A stretch of 64,000 bases of DNA. Source: Nitrospirota bacterium. GTDB lineage: Bacteria; Nitrospirota; JACRHJ01. How positions within the stretch are numbered: position 1 is the first letter of the stretch; every line of letters begins with the position of its first letter. The stretch lies in NCBI GenBank assembly GCA_963733375.1, contig CAVTDB010000025.1, positions 1 through 64,000 of the forward strand, read 5' to 3'. A program made the translations under genes and the position numbers. The notes below the pieces were generated by a model. That model made no database searches. It saw only the letters and a program-made list of their open reading frames with translations, and was not told where the DNA came from. Of the stretch, positions 44,519 through 56,628 are shown piece by piece.

Positions 44519-45464
44519 CAATAAGTCCTGTGGTGCCTTCTGTGCTTCCTCGAATGCCCTGCTTCCTCGAATGCCTCTTCACTCTCTCGTATGTCTTATA
44601 TGACGCCTTCTGTATATAGCCGTCTCCGCCCTTTATATCCGCGAGGGCCAGCGTCTGGTTGTTCATGGCCAGCTGGAAACCTTCGTCCATGAGCTTTTTG
44701 GTATCGCCCCAGAGGTCGGAGCTATGGAGTATCGCGACGATCAGCCGGGTGTTGGAGCAGTTGGCCTCGCCGACGTAGCAGTGCCTGGCCGCTAAGGTAT
44801 AGCCGGTCTTGCCCGCGCCCGCGCCGTCGTAGAACCAGAGAAGCTTGTTGTGGTTCTTAAGGAGCGTCTTCTCTTTCTCGCCCATGTTGAGCGTCGCGAA
44901 TTTGGTGGAGGATATCGCCATGAACCGCTCGTCGTGCATCGCGTAGCGAAGTATCAGCGCCAGGTCGTATGCGGTGGTGTAATGGTCGTTTACCGGGAGG
45001 CCGGAAGCGTTGCTGAAATTCGTGTCCACCGCCCCTATCTGGTGCGCCTTCTCCGTCATCATCCTGGCGAACTCAAGCTCCGTGCCCGCCACGCCTTCCG
45101 CAAGTACCGACGCGCTGTCGTTCGCGCTCTTTAAAAGGAGGGAATACAGGAGCGCCTCGACTGTGACCTGGTCGCCCGGCTTCAGGTAAACCTTGGAAGG
45201 CGACATGGTCGCCGCGCGCGGGCTCACCCGGAAGGTATCGGTCATTTTCGCCCGCTCCAGCGTGATTATCGCCGTCATTACCTTCGTGCAGGAAGCCGGC
45301 GGGAGCCTTAAATCCGCGTTCCGGGATATAATGACCTTGCCGGTGTCGGCGTCCATCACGCACACGCCCTTCGCGGAGATAGCTATCGGGTCGTCCGCGT
45401 AAGCAAGCCCGAAGGAGGTAAAAAATACCAGGGTACAAAAAACTATCGCCGACAATCGCTTCAT
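44409..45464 (-). CDS. Serine D-Ala-D-Ala carboxypeptidase/endopeptidase (peptidase S11); true 3' end likely near 44520
   Basis: Signal peptide; SxxK (PASCTK), SxN (SAND), KTG. Confidence 0.9.
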   Translation of the reverse strand: MKRLSAIVFCTLVFFTSFGLAYADDPIAISAKGVCVMDADTGKVIISRNADLRLPPASCTKVMTAIITLERAKMTDTFRVSPRAATMSPSKVYLKPGDQVTVEALLYSLLLKSANDSASVLAEGVAGTELEFARMMTEKAHQIGAVDTNFSNASGLPVNDHYTTAYDLALILRYAMHDERFMAISSTKFATLNMGEKEKTLLKNHNKLLWFYDGAGAGKTGYTLAARHCYVGEANCSNTRLIVAILHSSDLWGDTKKLMDEGFQLAMNNQTLALADIKGGDGYIQKASYKTYERVKRHSRKQGIRGSTEGTTGLIDELQREKNYCRGSCQKRRGGGKSARPAWGGRDGYGP

Positions 45465-45477
45465 AAAGATTTTCCTT

Positions 45478-46560
45478 CTACCTGAGTTTTAAGGTGCTCA
45501 GGCCCACGAGGGCTAAAATGATGCCCAAAAGCCAAAACCGCACTATCACCTTCGACTCCGCCCAGCCCAGTTCCTCGAAATGGTGGTGGACCGGCGCCAT
45601 CCTGAATATCCTCTTGCCCCGGCTCTTGAAGGAGGCTACCTGGAATATCACCGAAAGCGCCTCCGCGACAAATATGCCGCCGACTATCACCAGTATTATT
45701 TCATGCTTCGTAAGCACGGCCAGCATCCCGAGCGCACCGCCTAACGCAAGGCTCCCGACGTCTCCCATGAACACCTCGGCCGGGTGCGCGTTATACCAGA
45801 GAAAGCCGAGTGACGCGCCCATCAGCGCGCCGCAGAAAACCGTCAGCTCTCCCGCCCCGTGGATGTACAGCACCTGGAGATAATTCGCGTAGATCTTGTT
45901 GCCGGTGACGTAAACTAAGATGGCGTTCGCGCCCGCGGCTATGCCTACAAGCCCTATTGCCAGTCCGTCGAGGCCGTCGGTAAGGTTGACCGCATTGGAC
46001 GCGCCTACCAGCACCAGCACCACGAAGGGCACATAGAACCATGCCAGGTTTATTATCCATCTTTTGAAGAAGGGTATCAACAGCACAGTGCTGTTCGGGT
46101 CCTGCGGGTTAAAGTACAGGAGCAGGCCGATTAACAGCGCGATCAATATCTGCCAACCCATCTTGTACCGGGGCCTTAGGCCCTCGGACTTCTTCCTTAC
46201 CACCTTGAGATAATCATCATAGAAACCCACGGCGCCGAAAGCCAGCGTGCCCGCCATCACCAGCCAGACGTAGCGGTTCGTGAGGTCGGACCATAAAAGC
46301 GTCGGCACGATAATGGCAAGGAGTATCAAAATGCCGCCCATGGTCGGAGTCCCGGCCTTGCCGAGATGGGTTTCCGGCCCGTCCTCGCGCACCTGCTGTC
46401 CAATTTTCAGATCTTTGAGTTTCCGGATGATGGACGGCCCGAAGATAAAGCTTATCAGAAGCGCCGTAAACATCGCGCTCGCGAAGCGGAAGGTGATGTA
46501 GCGGAACACGTTAAAGGCGTGTATTTTGTCGTGAAGGGGGTATAGTAAATTATAGAACAT
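45478..46560 (-). CDS. mraY: Phospho-MurNAc-pentapeptide transferase
   Basis: [27 protein letters not shown]. Confidence 0.98.
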   Translation of the reverse strand: MFYNLLYPLHDKIHAFNVFRYITFRFASAMFTALLISFIFGPSIIRKLKDLKIGQQVREDGPETHLGKAGTPTMGGILILLAIIVPTLLWSDLTNRYVWLVMAGTLAFGAVGFYDDYLKVVRKKSEGLRPRYKMGWQILIALLIGLLLYFNPQDPNSTVLLIPFFKRWIINLAWFYVPFVVLVLVGASNAVNLTDGLDGLAIGLVGIAAGANAILVYVTGNKIYANYLQVLYIHGAGELTVFCGALMGASLGFLWYNAHPAEVFMGDVGSLALGGALGMLAVLTKHEIILVIVGGIFVAEALSVIFQVASFKSRGKRIFRMAPVHHHFEELGWAESKVIVRFWLLGIILALVGLSTLKLR

Positions 46561-47940
46561 TATACGTGGATCCTCCCCGCCTTCAAACGCTCCACCGCGA
46601 GTTCCATCCTTGACCCGCGCGAGCCTTTCACAAGCGCCACGTCGCCGGGTTTTAAGAACTCGGCCGCAATGGACGCCGCCTTTTCGGGCCCCGGAGCTAT
46701 AAAAATATTCTCCTCCGGCATCCCGGCCTCTACCGCGCCCCGCGCCGCGTCCGGCGCGTGCTCGCCTACCAGCACCAGCATGTAGACGCCGCTGGCCCCG
46801 GCAAGCCTCCCGGTATCGAAATGAGACCTGCTTGCCGTGCTTCCAAGCTCCAGCATCTCGCCCAGAATGGCAAACTTCCTCCCGCCTTTCATCGCCGCAA
46901 GCGCGCTTATGGCCGCGGCCATCGAGGCCGGATTTGCATTATACGTGTCGTTAATCACCCTTACCCCGTCGATTATTTCCTCCTGCATCCGCATCTTCGC
47001 AGGACGGCACTCTTCCAGGCCTTCCTTTATTTCTTCAGCCGTCATGCCCAGCGCAAAGGCCGCGGCAGCCGCGGCCAGCGCGTTATAGACGTTATGGGAG
47101 CCGATGAAATTAAGTTTTATCGACCGCCGAAACGCCAGGCGCTTTCAGCCTGAAAGATACCCCTTTTTGCTTGTCTTCTATCTCCGTTGCGAAGACGCGG
47201 GCGTCCTTGCCCAGCCCGAAGGATACCGTCCTTCCCTTGAACTCCGAAGCCGTCGCCTTAAGGTACGGGTCGTCCGCGTTCAGTACCGCCGTCCCTTCCG
47301 GCGGCAGGGCGGCTATCAGCTCGGCCTTTGCCTTTGCCACTCCCGCAAGGTCGCGAAGGACGTCTAAGTGCGCCGGGCCTATATTCGTTATCACTCCCGT
47401 CTGGGGCGCCGCTATCTTTGCAAGCCTGTCGATTTCGCCCGGTGCGCTCATGCCCATCTCTATCACGGCTATCCAATGTTCTTCGCCCAGTTTCAGAAGG
47501 GTGAGCGGGACGCCGATATGGTTATTTAAGTTGCCCTCGTTTTTCAGGACCGGGCCCCGCCGGGATAAAATCGACGCCAGCATCTCTTTGGTGGTGGTCT
47601 TTCCGTTGGTGCCGGTAATGCCGACGAGAGGGAGCCCCGGCCTGGTCATCCTTACAAAATGCGCCAGGTCCTGGAGCGCGCGCAGGGTATCCGCCACCTC
47701 GATTAAGGCCAGCCCCGGCTGATGGATGTCCTTCCCTTCTTCGACCAGGGCGCCCGCCGCCCCGGATTTCACGGCCTGCGCGATGAAGTTATGTCCGTCG
47801 AAGCGCTCGCCGGAAAGAGGGATGAACAACTCGCCGCTTTTTAATGTTCCTGCTGTCGGTGGAGACGCCGGAGAAGACATTTTCCCCTTCCTGCAGGAGC
47901 CTGCCCCCCGTCGCCTCGATTATCTGCTCTATTGAAATAT

Positions 47941-47944
<4 letters not shown>
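46560..47944 (-). CDS. murF: MurF ligase (frameshifted)
   Basis: [36 protein letters not shown]. Confidence 0.93.
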
Positions 47945-49416
<1,472 letters not shown>

Positions 49417-49417
<1 letters not shown>

Positions 49418-51180
49418 TATTTCTCCACCAGGATCGTCTGCTCCGGCAGGCGCGTCGGCACCTTCATGTACGTGAGCGCCTGCTCTACGATATCCTTGAA
49501 CGCCGGGGCCGCGACCATCCCGCCGTAATATATCCCACCATGCGGCTCGTTCACCACCACTATCGCCGAGACCTTAGGGTTATCCGCGGGACAGAAACCG
49601 ACGAACGAGGCATAGTATTTTGATTTTGAGTACCTGCCGGCCGCCCTGTCAAACTTCTGCGCGGTGCCGGTCTTGCCCGCCACCTGATATCCCTTTATCC
49701 TGGCGGAGACAGCGGTCCCGCCTTCTTCCACTACCGTGCTCAAAATACCCTTTAGCTTTTCGGCCGTCGCTTTCGATACGACCTGGCGGACTTTTGTCGG
49801 GTTCCTCTTCATGATGACGGAACCGTCCGTCCCCTTGATCTCCGAGACTAAATACGGCTCCATGTAAGACCCGCCGTTTGCAATGCAGTTCATTGCGGAA
49901 AGCATCTGGAGCGGCGTGACGCTCACCTCCTGGCCTATCGCGACGGAGGCGACTGACAGTCCGGACCATTTCGAAATGTCCCGGAGTTTTCCGCCGGCTT
50001 CTCCCGGAAGGTCGACGCCCGTCTTCTCGCCGATGCCGAACGCCTTGGCGTATTTAAAAAGCCTCTGAGGCCCAAGCTTAAGCGCGACCTTGATCGTGCC
50101 CACGTTGTTGCTCTTTTGTATAACCTCCGAAAAAGTCAGCCGTCCGCCTTCATTTTCCGCGGCGTGGATAACCCTGCCCGCGACCTCTATTTCTCCGTTC
50201 CCGCAGTCTATGACGTCGGTGGGCTTTACGACCCCTTCCTCTAACGCCCCGGAGGCGGTAACCAGCTTGAATGTCGAGCCAGGTTCGTAGAGGTCCGTAA
50301 CCGCGCGGTTCCTCCAGTCCTGGCTGGAGTAGCCGGACCAGTTGTTGGGGTTGAAGCCGGGCCGGTTCGCCATCGCCAGCACCTCTCCGGTATTCGGGTC
50401 CATAACGATGGCGGTGGCGGATATGGGCTTGTATTTCTCCATTATCTCGTCAAGAGCTTTCTCCGCCATGTACTGTACCCTCTCGTTTATCGTCAGGGTT
50501 ATGTCGTAGCCGGGCCTGGGGGAATTTTTGCCGGCGTCAAGAGCAAGGACCTCTCTGCCCGCGCCGTCCCGCTCTGTAATCGCCTTGCCCTGAAGCCCCC
50601 CGATATACGGCTCATACTCCGCCTCAAGCCCTTCCAATCCCTTTCCGTCCGTACCGGTAAAGCCCAGTATATGCGCCGCTATCTCTTTTTTGGGGTAGTA
50701 CCTGCGGCTGTCGAACAGCCAGCCCAGCACCCCCTCCATATCGCCGTCCGTTTTTATTTTGGGCTGGACGTCCGGCGGTACTTTCCTGGCCAGCCATACG
50801 AACTTCTTCGTCCCTTTAAGTTTCTCTTCGATAGATTTCCTGCCCATGCCCAGGGCCGGCGCCAGCGTCATTGCCACCGCGTGGGCGTCCTGCACGTTCT
50901 CCGGCACTCCGTAGAGCGAGTCGGCCTCCACGCTTACCGCGAGCTCGCTGCCGTTCCTGTCGTATATCGTCCCCCGCTTTGAAGGCAGCATGATGACTTC
51001 CTGCTGTTGCCTGATCGCTTTGTGCGTGAGAAAACTTTTTTCTATCACCTGCAGGTAAACGAGCCTGGCGCCCACTCCCATGTAACCCACGACAAGCAGG
51101 ACGACCACCCATATCACTCGCTTCTTCAGGCCGGGCTTTTTCTCCACGGCCTCAGGATGCTTATCCAGCCGGCCCCGCAT
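49417..51180 (-). CDS. ftsI: Division transpeptidase PBP3
   Basis: RGTIYDRNG, EPGSTFK, SNN, KTG. Confidence 0.95.
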
Positions 51181-51575
51181 CAGGTTTTACCCGGCGCCGC
51201 CGATTTAACGTTTACCTCGCGGCCGCCGGCGGAGGCGCTGGCGGTGCTCCTTTTAATTTTTTTCACCATTACGATCTGCCCCGAAACCGGCACGCGCATG
51301 CCTATGTCCGTATCGGCGATGCTCTCTATCCTCTCAGGCGAAGTCAAAGTCGATTTTTCGATCTGGAGGTCGTTGTTTTCTCTCGCCAGCTCGGCCTTTT
51401 CCTTCTTCAGTGCCTCTATCTCGTACCCCACCTTTATCACCTGCACCCTCTGCCATACGTAAACCATGCAGAACGCGGCGACCAGGAATACCATGGAAGA
51501 TATGCCGAGCCTCTTTACAAGGCGCGTCTTCTTGAGCCTTATGCTCGACAGGTGGGACAGGGAGTGGTCATGCAT
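51180..51575 (-). CDS. ftsL: Cell division protein FtsL
   Basis: TM helix plus leucine zipper; between rsmH and ftsI. Confidence 0.88.
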   Translation of the reverse strand: MHDHSLSHLSSIRLKKTRLVKRLGISSMVFLVAAFCMVYVWQRVQVIKVGYEIEALKKEKAELARENNDLQIEKSTLTSPERIESIADTDIGMRVPVSGQIVMVKKIKRSTASASAGGREVNVKSAAPGKT

Positions 51576-52513
51576 CAGATTTTCTCCGCCGCGCGAAGTT
51601 TCGCGCTTCTCGCGCTTGGATTGGACTTTATCTCATCTTCCGAAGGCGTCACGGGCCTCGGAGTCAATACCTTGATAGACGGTTTTTTCCCGCATACGCA
51701 TATCGGGAAATCCTTAGGACACGTGCAGGGTTTCGCCCCCGCCTTGAATGTATCCTTCACCAGCCTGTCCTCTAAGGAATGGTAAGAGATGACCACCGCG
51801 CGCCCCCCGGGCTTAAGCATCGAAACCATCTCCGGCAGGGCCGCCCTCAGCGCGCCAAGCTCGTCGTTTACCGCAATCCGGAGGGCCTGGAACGTCCTTG
51901 TCGCGGGATGGGTCTTGGGCGGCCACGCCCTGTGCGGTATCGAGTCTTCCACGACCCGGGCAAGCTCGCGGGTGGTAGTTATTTTTTTCTCCTCGCGCCT
52001 CTCCGATATCGTCCGGGCTATCTTTTTGGCCCAGCGCTCTTCGCCAAACTCCCAGAAAATCTTTGTCAGCTCGTCCGCTGAAAGGTCGTTGACCAAATCC
52101 GCGGCGCTTTTCCCGAGGCTTGCGTCCATCCTCATGTCAAGCGGCGCGTCGGCCGAGAAGCCGAAGCCTCGCTCAGGTGTCTTGAGTTGAAGTGTGGAAA
52201 CGCCCAGGTCCATAAGAAAACCGTCCAGTAAGTTATGCCCCTGCCGGCGGATTAACTCACCCGCCTCCCGGAAGTCCGCCTTTAAAATCTCCAGCTTCTC
52301 CCCATATCCCTTCAGGGCTTCTTCCGCCCTGGTTATGGCCTGAATGTCCTTGTCCACGCCGATAAGCTTGCCGGAATCGATTTTCTTCAGTATTTCGGCT
52401 GCGTGCCCGCCAAGTCCCAGAGTCAAATCCGCGTATAACCCGTCCGGCTTTACGTTCAGAAACTCTACAGACTCGCTAAGCAGTACCGGGACGTGAAGCG
52501 CAAGGGCACTCAC
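51575..52513 (-). CDS. rsmH: 16S rRNA m4C1402 methyltransferase
   Basis: HVPVL, DLGVS, FQALRIAVN, SYHSLEDR, SAKLR. Confidence 0.97.
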   Translation of the reverse strand: MSALALHVPVLLSESVEFLNVKPDGLYADLTLGLGGHAAEILKKIDSGKLIGVDKDIQAITRAEEALKGYGEKLEILKADFREAGELIRRQGHNLLDGFLMDLGVSTLQLKTPERGFGFSADAPLDMRMDASLGKSAADLVNDLSADELTKIFWEFGEERWAKKIARTISERREEKKITTTRELARVVEDSIPHRAWPPKTHPATRTFQALRIAVNDELGALRAALPEMVSMLKPGGRAVVISYHSLEDRLVKDTFKAGAKPCTCPKDFPICVCGKKPSIKVLTPRPVTPSEDEIKSNPSARSAKLRAAEKI

Positions 52514-52965
52514 AGCCCGTACGCGGCCATGGCGTCCCTGACCTTCGCGCCGTCCTCTTCGGGGTTCTCTTTCTTCCAGGTCTCGGCATCCCAGAACTCC
52601 ATCCGGTTGGAAAGCCCGATTATGATCACCTCACGGTTAAGCCCCGCGTAGACCTTCAGCGCGGGCGGCACCAGGACGCGGCCTTGTCCGTCCAGTTCGC
52701 AGACTTTCGCGGAGGAATAGAAATTCCGGAGGTACTTCATCACCATTGGGTCGCTCTGGGGGAGGGAATTTATCTTTTCGTCGATCTTCTGCCATTCCTC
52801 AATCGGATAGGCGGCGATGCACCGGTCGTAATGCTTCATCAGGACGAGTTTCTCGTCGTAGCGCTCGGAAAGGACCTCGCGGAAATCGGAAGGTATGCTT
52901 ACCCGTCCCTTGTTGTCGAGGCTGTATGCGTGGTGCCCGATGAACCGGTCGATGAGAGCGGCCAA
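52510..52965 (-). CDS. mraZ: Transcriptional regulator MraZ
   Basis: Two DxxGR motifs; first gene of the dcw cluster. Confidence 0.96.
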   Translation of the reverse strand: MAALIDRFIGHHAYSLDNKGRVSIPSDFREVLSERYDEKLVLMKHYDRCIAAYPIEEWQKIDEKINSLPQSDPMVMKYLRNFYSSAKVCELDGQGRVLVPPALKVYAGLNREVIIIGLSNRMEFWDAETWKKENPEEDGAKVRDAMAAYGL

Positions 52966-53064
52966 TCCGGACCTCCCCTTGAGAAAAAGCGCGCGAGATT
53001 AAGGATTATTTCAGGGCTTTTGGGGGGGGTAATGCACAGGCGCATCAACAGGAATTATTAAAGC

Positions 53065-53134
53065 ATTTTGCCACCTTCCCCCACTTTTCCCCACAACGGT
53101 TTGGAGTATACACGCCAAATGTCCAGGTTGTCAA
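53065..53134 (-). promoter_or_regulatory. dcw promoter with MraZ-binding repeats
   Basis: TTGACA-N18-TATACT, then three GTGG boxes at exact 10-bp period (CCAC at 53071, 53081, 53091). Confidence 0.85.
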
Positions 53135-53414
53135 GGTAAAATCCTCGCAAAAACTCACTATTTTTAACTTGTCAAAGAACGGATGCCGGGTGTCCGGGTA
53201 AGCCAAAAAGCGGGTACTTCAGGGGGATGAACCTGGGGTGCTTCTTGAACTTCTGGAAAAATCTTTGTGACAACCGGATTTGGAGCTACTCCAGAGGTGG
53301 ATTTTATCAGTAAAGAGGGGGGAAGTCAAACTCGGAATTACTTTTAAAAGCTTGTAAAAACCTTTTCTTTATAATATACTTGATTAACTTGGTTTAACAA
53401 AATAAGAGGTACGG

Positions 53415-53900
53415 ATGCAAAAGACTGAAAAAATCACTAAACAGAGCATATTCGACCTATACGACCTGAAATTCGGGATGAAAAAAGAGGCGGTGGCGGC
53501 GAAGGTAGAGGTCCTGGAGGGGGGAGAAGTGGGAGAAGGAAATCTCGCGGCCCTGGGGGCTGACTCCATACGTCTCTTTTTCGACCACGAAGACAGGCTC
53601 TGGCAGGTAAAGGCCGTTTACCCGGTATCGAGTCCGGAAGAGGCCGAAGAAATCCTGGACAGGATGTCAAAGGATTACCGTTTCCAGACGCCGTCCTCAA
53701 GGGTGGCATTCGACATTACAGACCCGAAGGAAGAAGTCGCGCTCCTCTCGATACGCTACTCCGAGGCGAACATGAAACGCGCCTACTTCCATCATATGAT
53801 GGCGCTGGGTGCGGAGAAACTCGCGGCGGAAGAGGGCAAGAAAAAAGCGGAGATCGAAGAAGACGACGAGTACATACCGAACGGCCCGTTGATATTCTAA
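53415..53900 (+). CDS. Hypothetical protein (161 aa)
   Basis: GAGG SD; genome-like codon usage; followed by a terminator. Confidence 0.75.
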   Translation: MQKTEKITKQSIFDLYDLKFGMKKEAVAAKVEVLEGGEVGEGNLAALGADSIRLFFDHEDRLWQVKAVYPVSSPEEAEEILDRMSKDYRFQTPSSRVAFDITDPKEEVALLSIRYSEANMKRAYFHHMMALGAEKLAAEEGKKKAEIEEDDEYIPNGPLIF

Positions 53901-53916
53901 TCCGGAAATAAATTGC

Positions 53917-53961
53917 AAAGCGGCTCTGGCGCCATTATGGCTCCTTGAGCCGCTTTTTTTT
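53917..53961. terminator. Terminator between convergent genes
   Basis: AAAGCGGCTC...GAGCCGCTTTTTTTT. Confidence 0.7.
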
Positions 53962-53970
53962 GATTTCTTC

Positions 53971-55608
53971 TCACTCCTGGTCAGGCCACAATCTCCGTTC
54001 AAGCTCACGCATCAGCGGCGGAAAAGTTTTCCGGTCCATTGCGGAGATGGCGAGGGCGTTATGCGAGCGGGCTTCCGCCTGGGCGAGTTCTTTATCTATC
54101 AAATCCGATTTATTAAATACCGTGAGCCGGTCCTTCTCAGCCAGGCCGAGTTCGCCCAGTATCTTCTCCACGGACTCCATCTGCTCCTCGAAGCGCGGGC
54201 TCGATACGTCCACCACGTGCATCAGCAAGTCCGCGTCTTCCAGTTCCTCCAGTGTCGCGCGGAAGGCCGCGAACAGGGGCTTTGGGAGGTCGCGGATGAA
54301 CCCCACCGTGTCCGTGATTATCACGTCCCGCTCTCTGGGAAACCGTAGCCGCCTGCTGGCGGTGTCAAGGGTTGCGAAAAGCTTGTTTTCCACCACCGTT
54401 TCGCTCTGCGTGAGCGCATTTAAAAGTGTCGATTTGCCCGCATTCGTATAGCCGACTATTGATATGATGGGCAGGCCCATCTCGCCCCTGCGCGACTTTC
54501 TCTGCGCCCTCGCGCGGGATAAATCCTTCAGCATCTTTTCCAGGTGGGATATCCGGTCGCGCACTCTTCTTCTGTCCGTCTCAAGCTTGCTCTCGCCCGG
54601 ACCTCTTCCGCCGATACCTCCCATCAACCTCGACAGCGCGGTCCCTTTGCCTGTCAGCATCGGGAGGCGGTATTTCAGCTGCGCCAGTTCCACCTGCACC
54701 TTGCCGTCTCTGGAGTGGGCGCGGGCCGCGAATATATCCAGTATCAACTGGGAGCGGTCTATTACTTTTATCTCCGCCATCTCGGAAATGGAGCGCAGCT
54801 GGGACGGGGAAAGTTCCTGGTCGAATATGAGGACGGTGGCCCCTTTCTGAAGGGCCATGATTATTATCTCCCTCAGCTTGCCCTCGCCCATCAGGTATTT
54901 TGAATTGATTTTGTCCGGCCTCTGCATCACCGTATCGAGCACTATAACGTCCGCCGATTTGGCAAGCTCGACAAGCTCGTCCATCGCCTCCTTCTGGGCG
55001 CCGCGCGTACCCTTGGACATCACGCTTATCAGTATCGCACGCTCGCGGGTGTCCCGGACGTTGAAACTCTCGCCCTGCACCCGGAGCATCTCGTCCTCTA
55101 GGGAGGTAATGAACGAGGTGAAATCCACGTTCAACTGGTGGAAGGGGATCGACGGGATCTGGGTCCAGGCCTGGCCGCGCTCGTTGGGCGGGAGGAGATG
55201 CGCAATATAAATTCTGCCCGGCAGGCCCTCCGGCAATACGCCGACAGCCGCCACCAAGTCGAGCCTCAGGAGCGCTAGGTCAGTCATGTCGTCGGGAGTC
55301 AGCGGCTCGTCGTTTAAGTGGGTGTGCACGAGCCTTAGTCCCCGGAGGCGCTTTGGGCCAAGCGAGAAGTCCGAGAGGTCCGGTATGGTGACGGAGCGGT
55401 TATCGCCTATGATGACGAACTGGATGACTCCGCGCCTGTCGACGATGACGCCGACCTGCCGGGCGATATCGCGCGAAACCTCCGTCAGGTATCGCCCCAG
55501 CTCCGCCGTGACTACCTCGTTCGGCGGGACCTTCCTGCGGTATATCTTCTCAAGCCTGTGTATTTCGTTGGCCTTCAGGCCGGTCAAGTTCCCAAATAGA
55601 GTGGCTAT
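53971..55608 (-). CDS. hflX: GTPase HflX, long form with N-terminal extension
   Basis: GYTNAGKS, LFATLD, DTVGF, NKSD; start TTG at 55587 or ATA at 55608. Confidence 0.95.
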   Translation of the reverse strand: MATLFGNLTGLKANEIHRLEKIYRRKVPPNEVVTAELGRYLTEVSRDIARQVGVIVDRRGVIQFVIIGDNRSVTIPDLSDFSLGPKRLRGLRLVHTHLNDEPLTPDDMTDLALLRLDLVAAVGVLPEGLPGRIYIAHLLPPNERGQAWTQIPSIPFHQLNVDFTSFITSLEDEMLRVQGESFNVRDTRERAILISVMSKGTRGAQKEAMDELVELAKSADVIVLDTVMQRPDKINSKYLMGEGKLREIIIMALQKGATVLIFDQELSPSQLRSISEMAEIKVIDRSQLILDIFAARAHSRDGKVQVELAQLKYRLPMLTGKGTALSRLMGGIGGRGPGESKLETDRRRVRDRISHLEKMLKDLSRARAQRKSRRGEMGLPIISIVGYTNAGKSTLLNALTQSETVVENKLFATLDTASRRLRFPRERDVIITDTVGFIRDLPKPLFAAFRATLEELEDADLLMHVVDVSSPRFEEQMESVEKILGELGLAEKDRLTVFNKSDLIDKELAQAEARSHNALAISAMDRKTFPPLMRELERRLWPDQE

Positions 55609-55644
55609 GATAATCTCCTTATTGAAGAGGGCGTTACTTCTATT

Positions 55645-55685
55645 CTACTTTTCTTTCGCGTGAAAGAAAAGTAGCAAAAGAAAGC
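55645..55685. repeat. Intergenic palindrome family copy
   Basis: CTACTTTTCTTTC-GCGT-GAAAGAAAAGTAG CAAAAGAAAGC, nearly identical to the 21982 copy. Confidence 0.9.
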
Positions 55686-55744
55686 GGGGCTATAAAAAAT
55701 TAAATAAAAAACATGTTAAACTTGATATTAAGGAGGATGTTGCG

Positions 55745-56557
55745 ATGAAAAAGACTTTAAAATCCGGAACTCATATCGTCCTGGCTTCTACCACGTCTCC
55801 CCAGAACACGGGGCTTCTGGATATCTTGATCCAGGAATATTACAAATGGAGCGAACTGGACGCCAGGATAGACGTCGTCTCGGTCGGCACCGGAGCGGCT
55901 CTGGACATTGCCAGGCGCGGCGACGCGGACTTGCTGCTCGTCCATGACCCCGAAATGGAAAAAGCCTTCGTGGCCGAAGGGTACGGCATCGACCGCCGGG
56001 AAGTGATGTATAACGATTTTGTAATATTGGGCCCATCCGCCGACCCGGCCGGGATTAAAAAAGCCGGTTCGGCAATCAAGGCCTTCAAAATGATCTCGGG
56101 AAGCGGCGCGCCTTTCGTGTCGCGGGGAGACGAATCCGGCACGCATGACCGGGAGAAGAAGTTCTGGAAATCTGCCCGGGTGGACATAAAGCAGATGAAG
56201 GATTTTATTACCGCCGGCAAGGGGATGGTGGATACCCTGAAATTAGCCGACAGGTTTAACGCTTATATCCTGTCCGACAGGGGGACTTACCTGGCGAAGA
56301 AGGACAGCCTGAAACATATTACCCTGCTGTTCGAGGGCGACCCGGCGCTCGACAACCAGTACTCCATAATGGCGGTGAACCCGGCCAAATACCCTGCATG
56401 TCCGCTATGGCGAGGCGCTGGATTTCATCGAGTTCATCACCGGGCCAATCGGCCAGAAGTTAATCGACGGCTTCAGGGACGGGTCAGGCAATGTATTGTT
56501 TCATCCGAATGCCGGACGGAAGAAGACAAAGGCAAGGAAGATCGCGTAGGACGATAG
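55745..56557 (+). CDS. TupA-like tungstate/molybdate-binding protein (C-terminal frameshift; end approximate)
   Basis: STTS..NTGLL, GTGAAL, MYNDFV, SRGDESGTH, LSDRGTY. Confidence 0.85.
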   Translation: MKKTLKSGTHIVLASTTSPQNTGLLDILIQEYYKWSELDARIDVVSVGTGAALDIARRGDADLLLVHDPEMEKAFVAEGYGIDRREVMYNDFVILGPSADPAGIKKAGSAIKAFKMISGSGAPFVSRGDESGTHDREKKFWKSARVDIKQMKDFITAGKGMVDTLKLADRFNAYILSDRGTYLAKKDSLKHITLLFEGDPALDNQYSIMAVNPAKYPACPLWRGAGFHRVHHRANRPEVNRRLQGRVRQCIVSSECRTEEDKGKEDRVGR

Positions 56558-56628
56558 CCCTTTGTCGTTTAACAGGACGTAGTCCCTTTGCCGTTGAAAG
56601 GACGCGGGGTTTCTGATAATATTTATCC

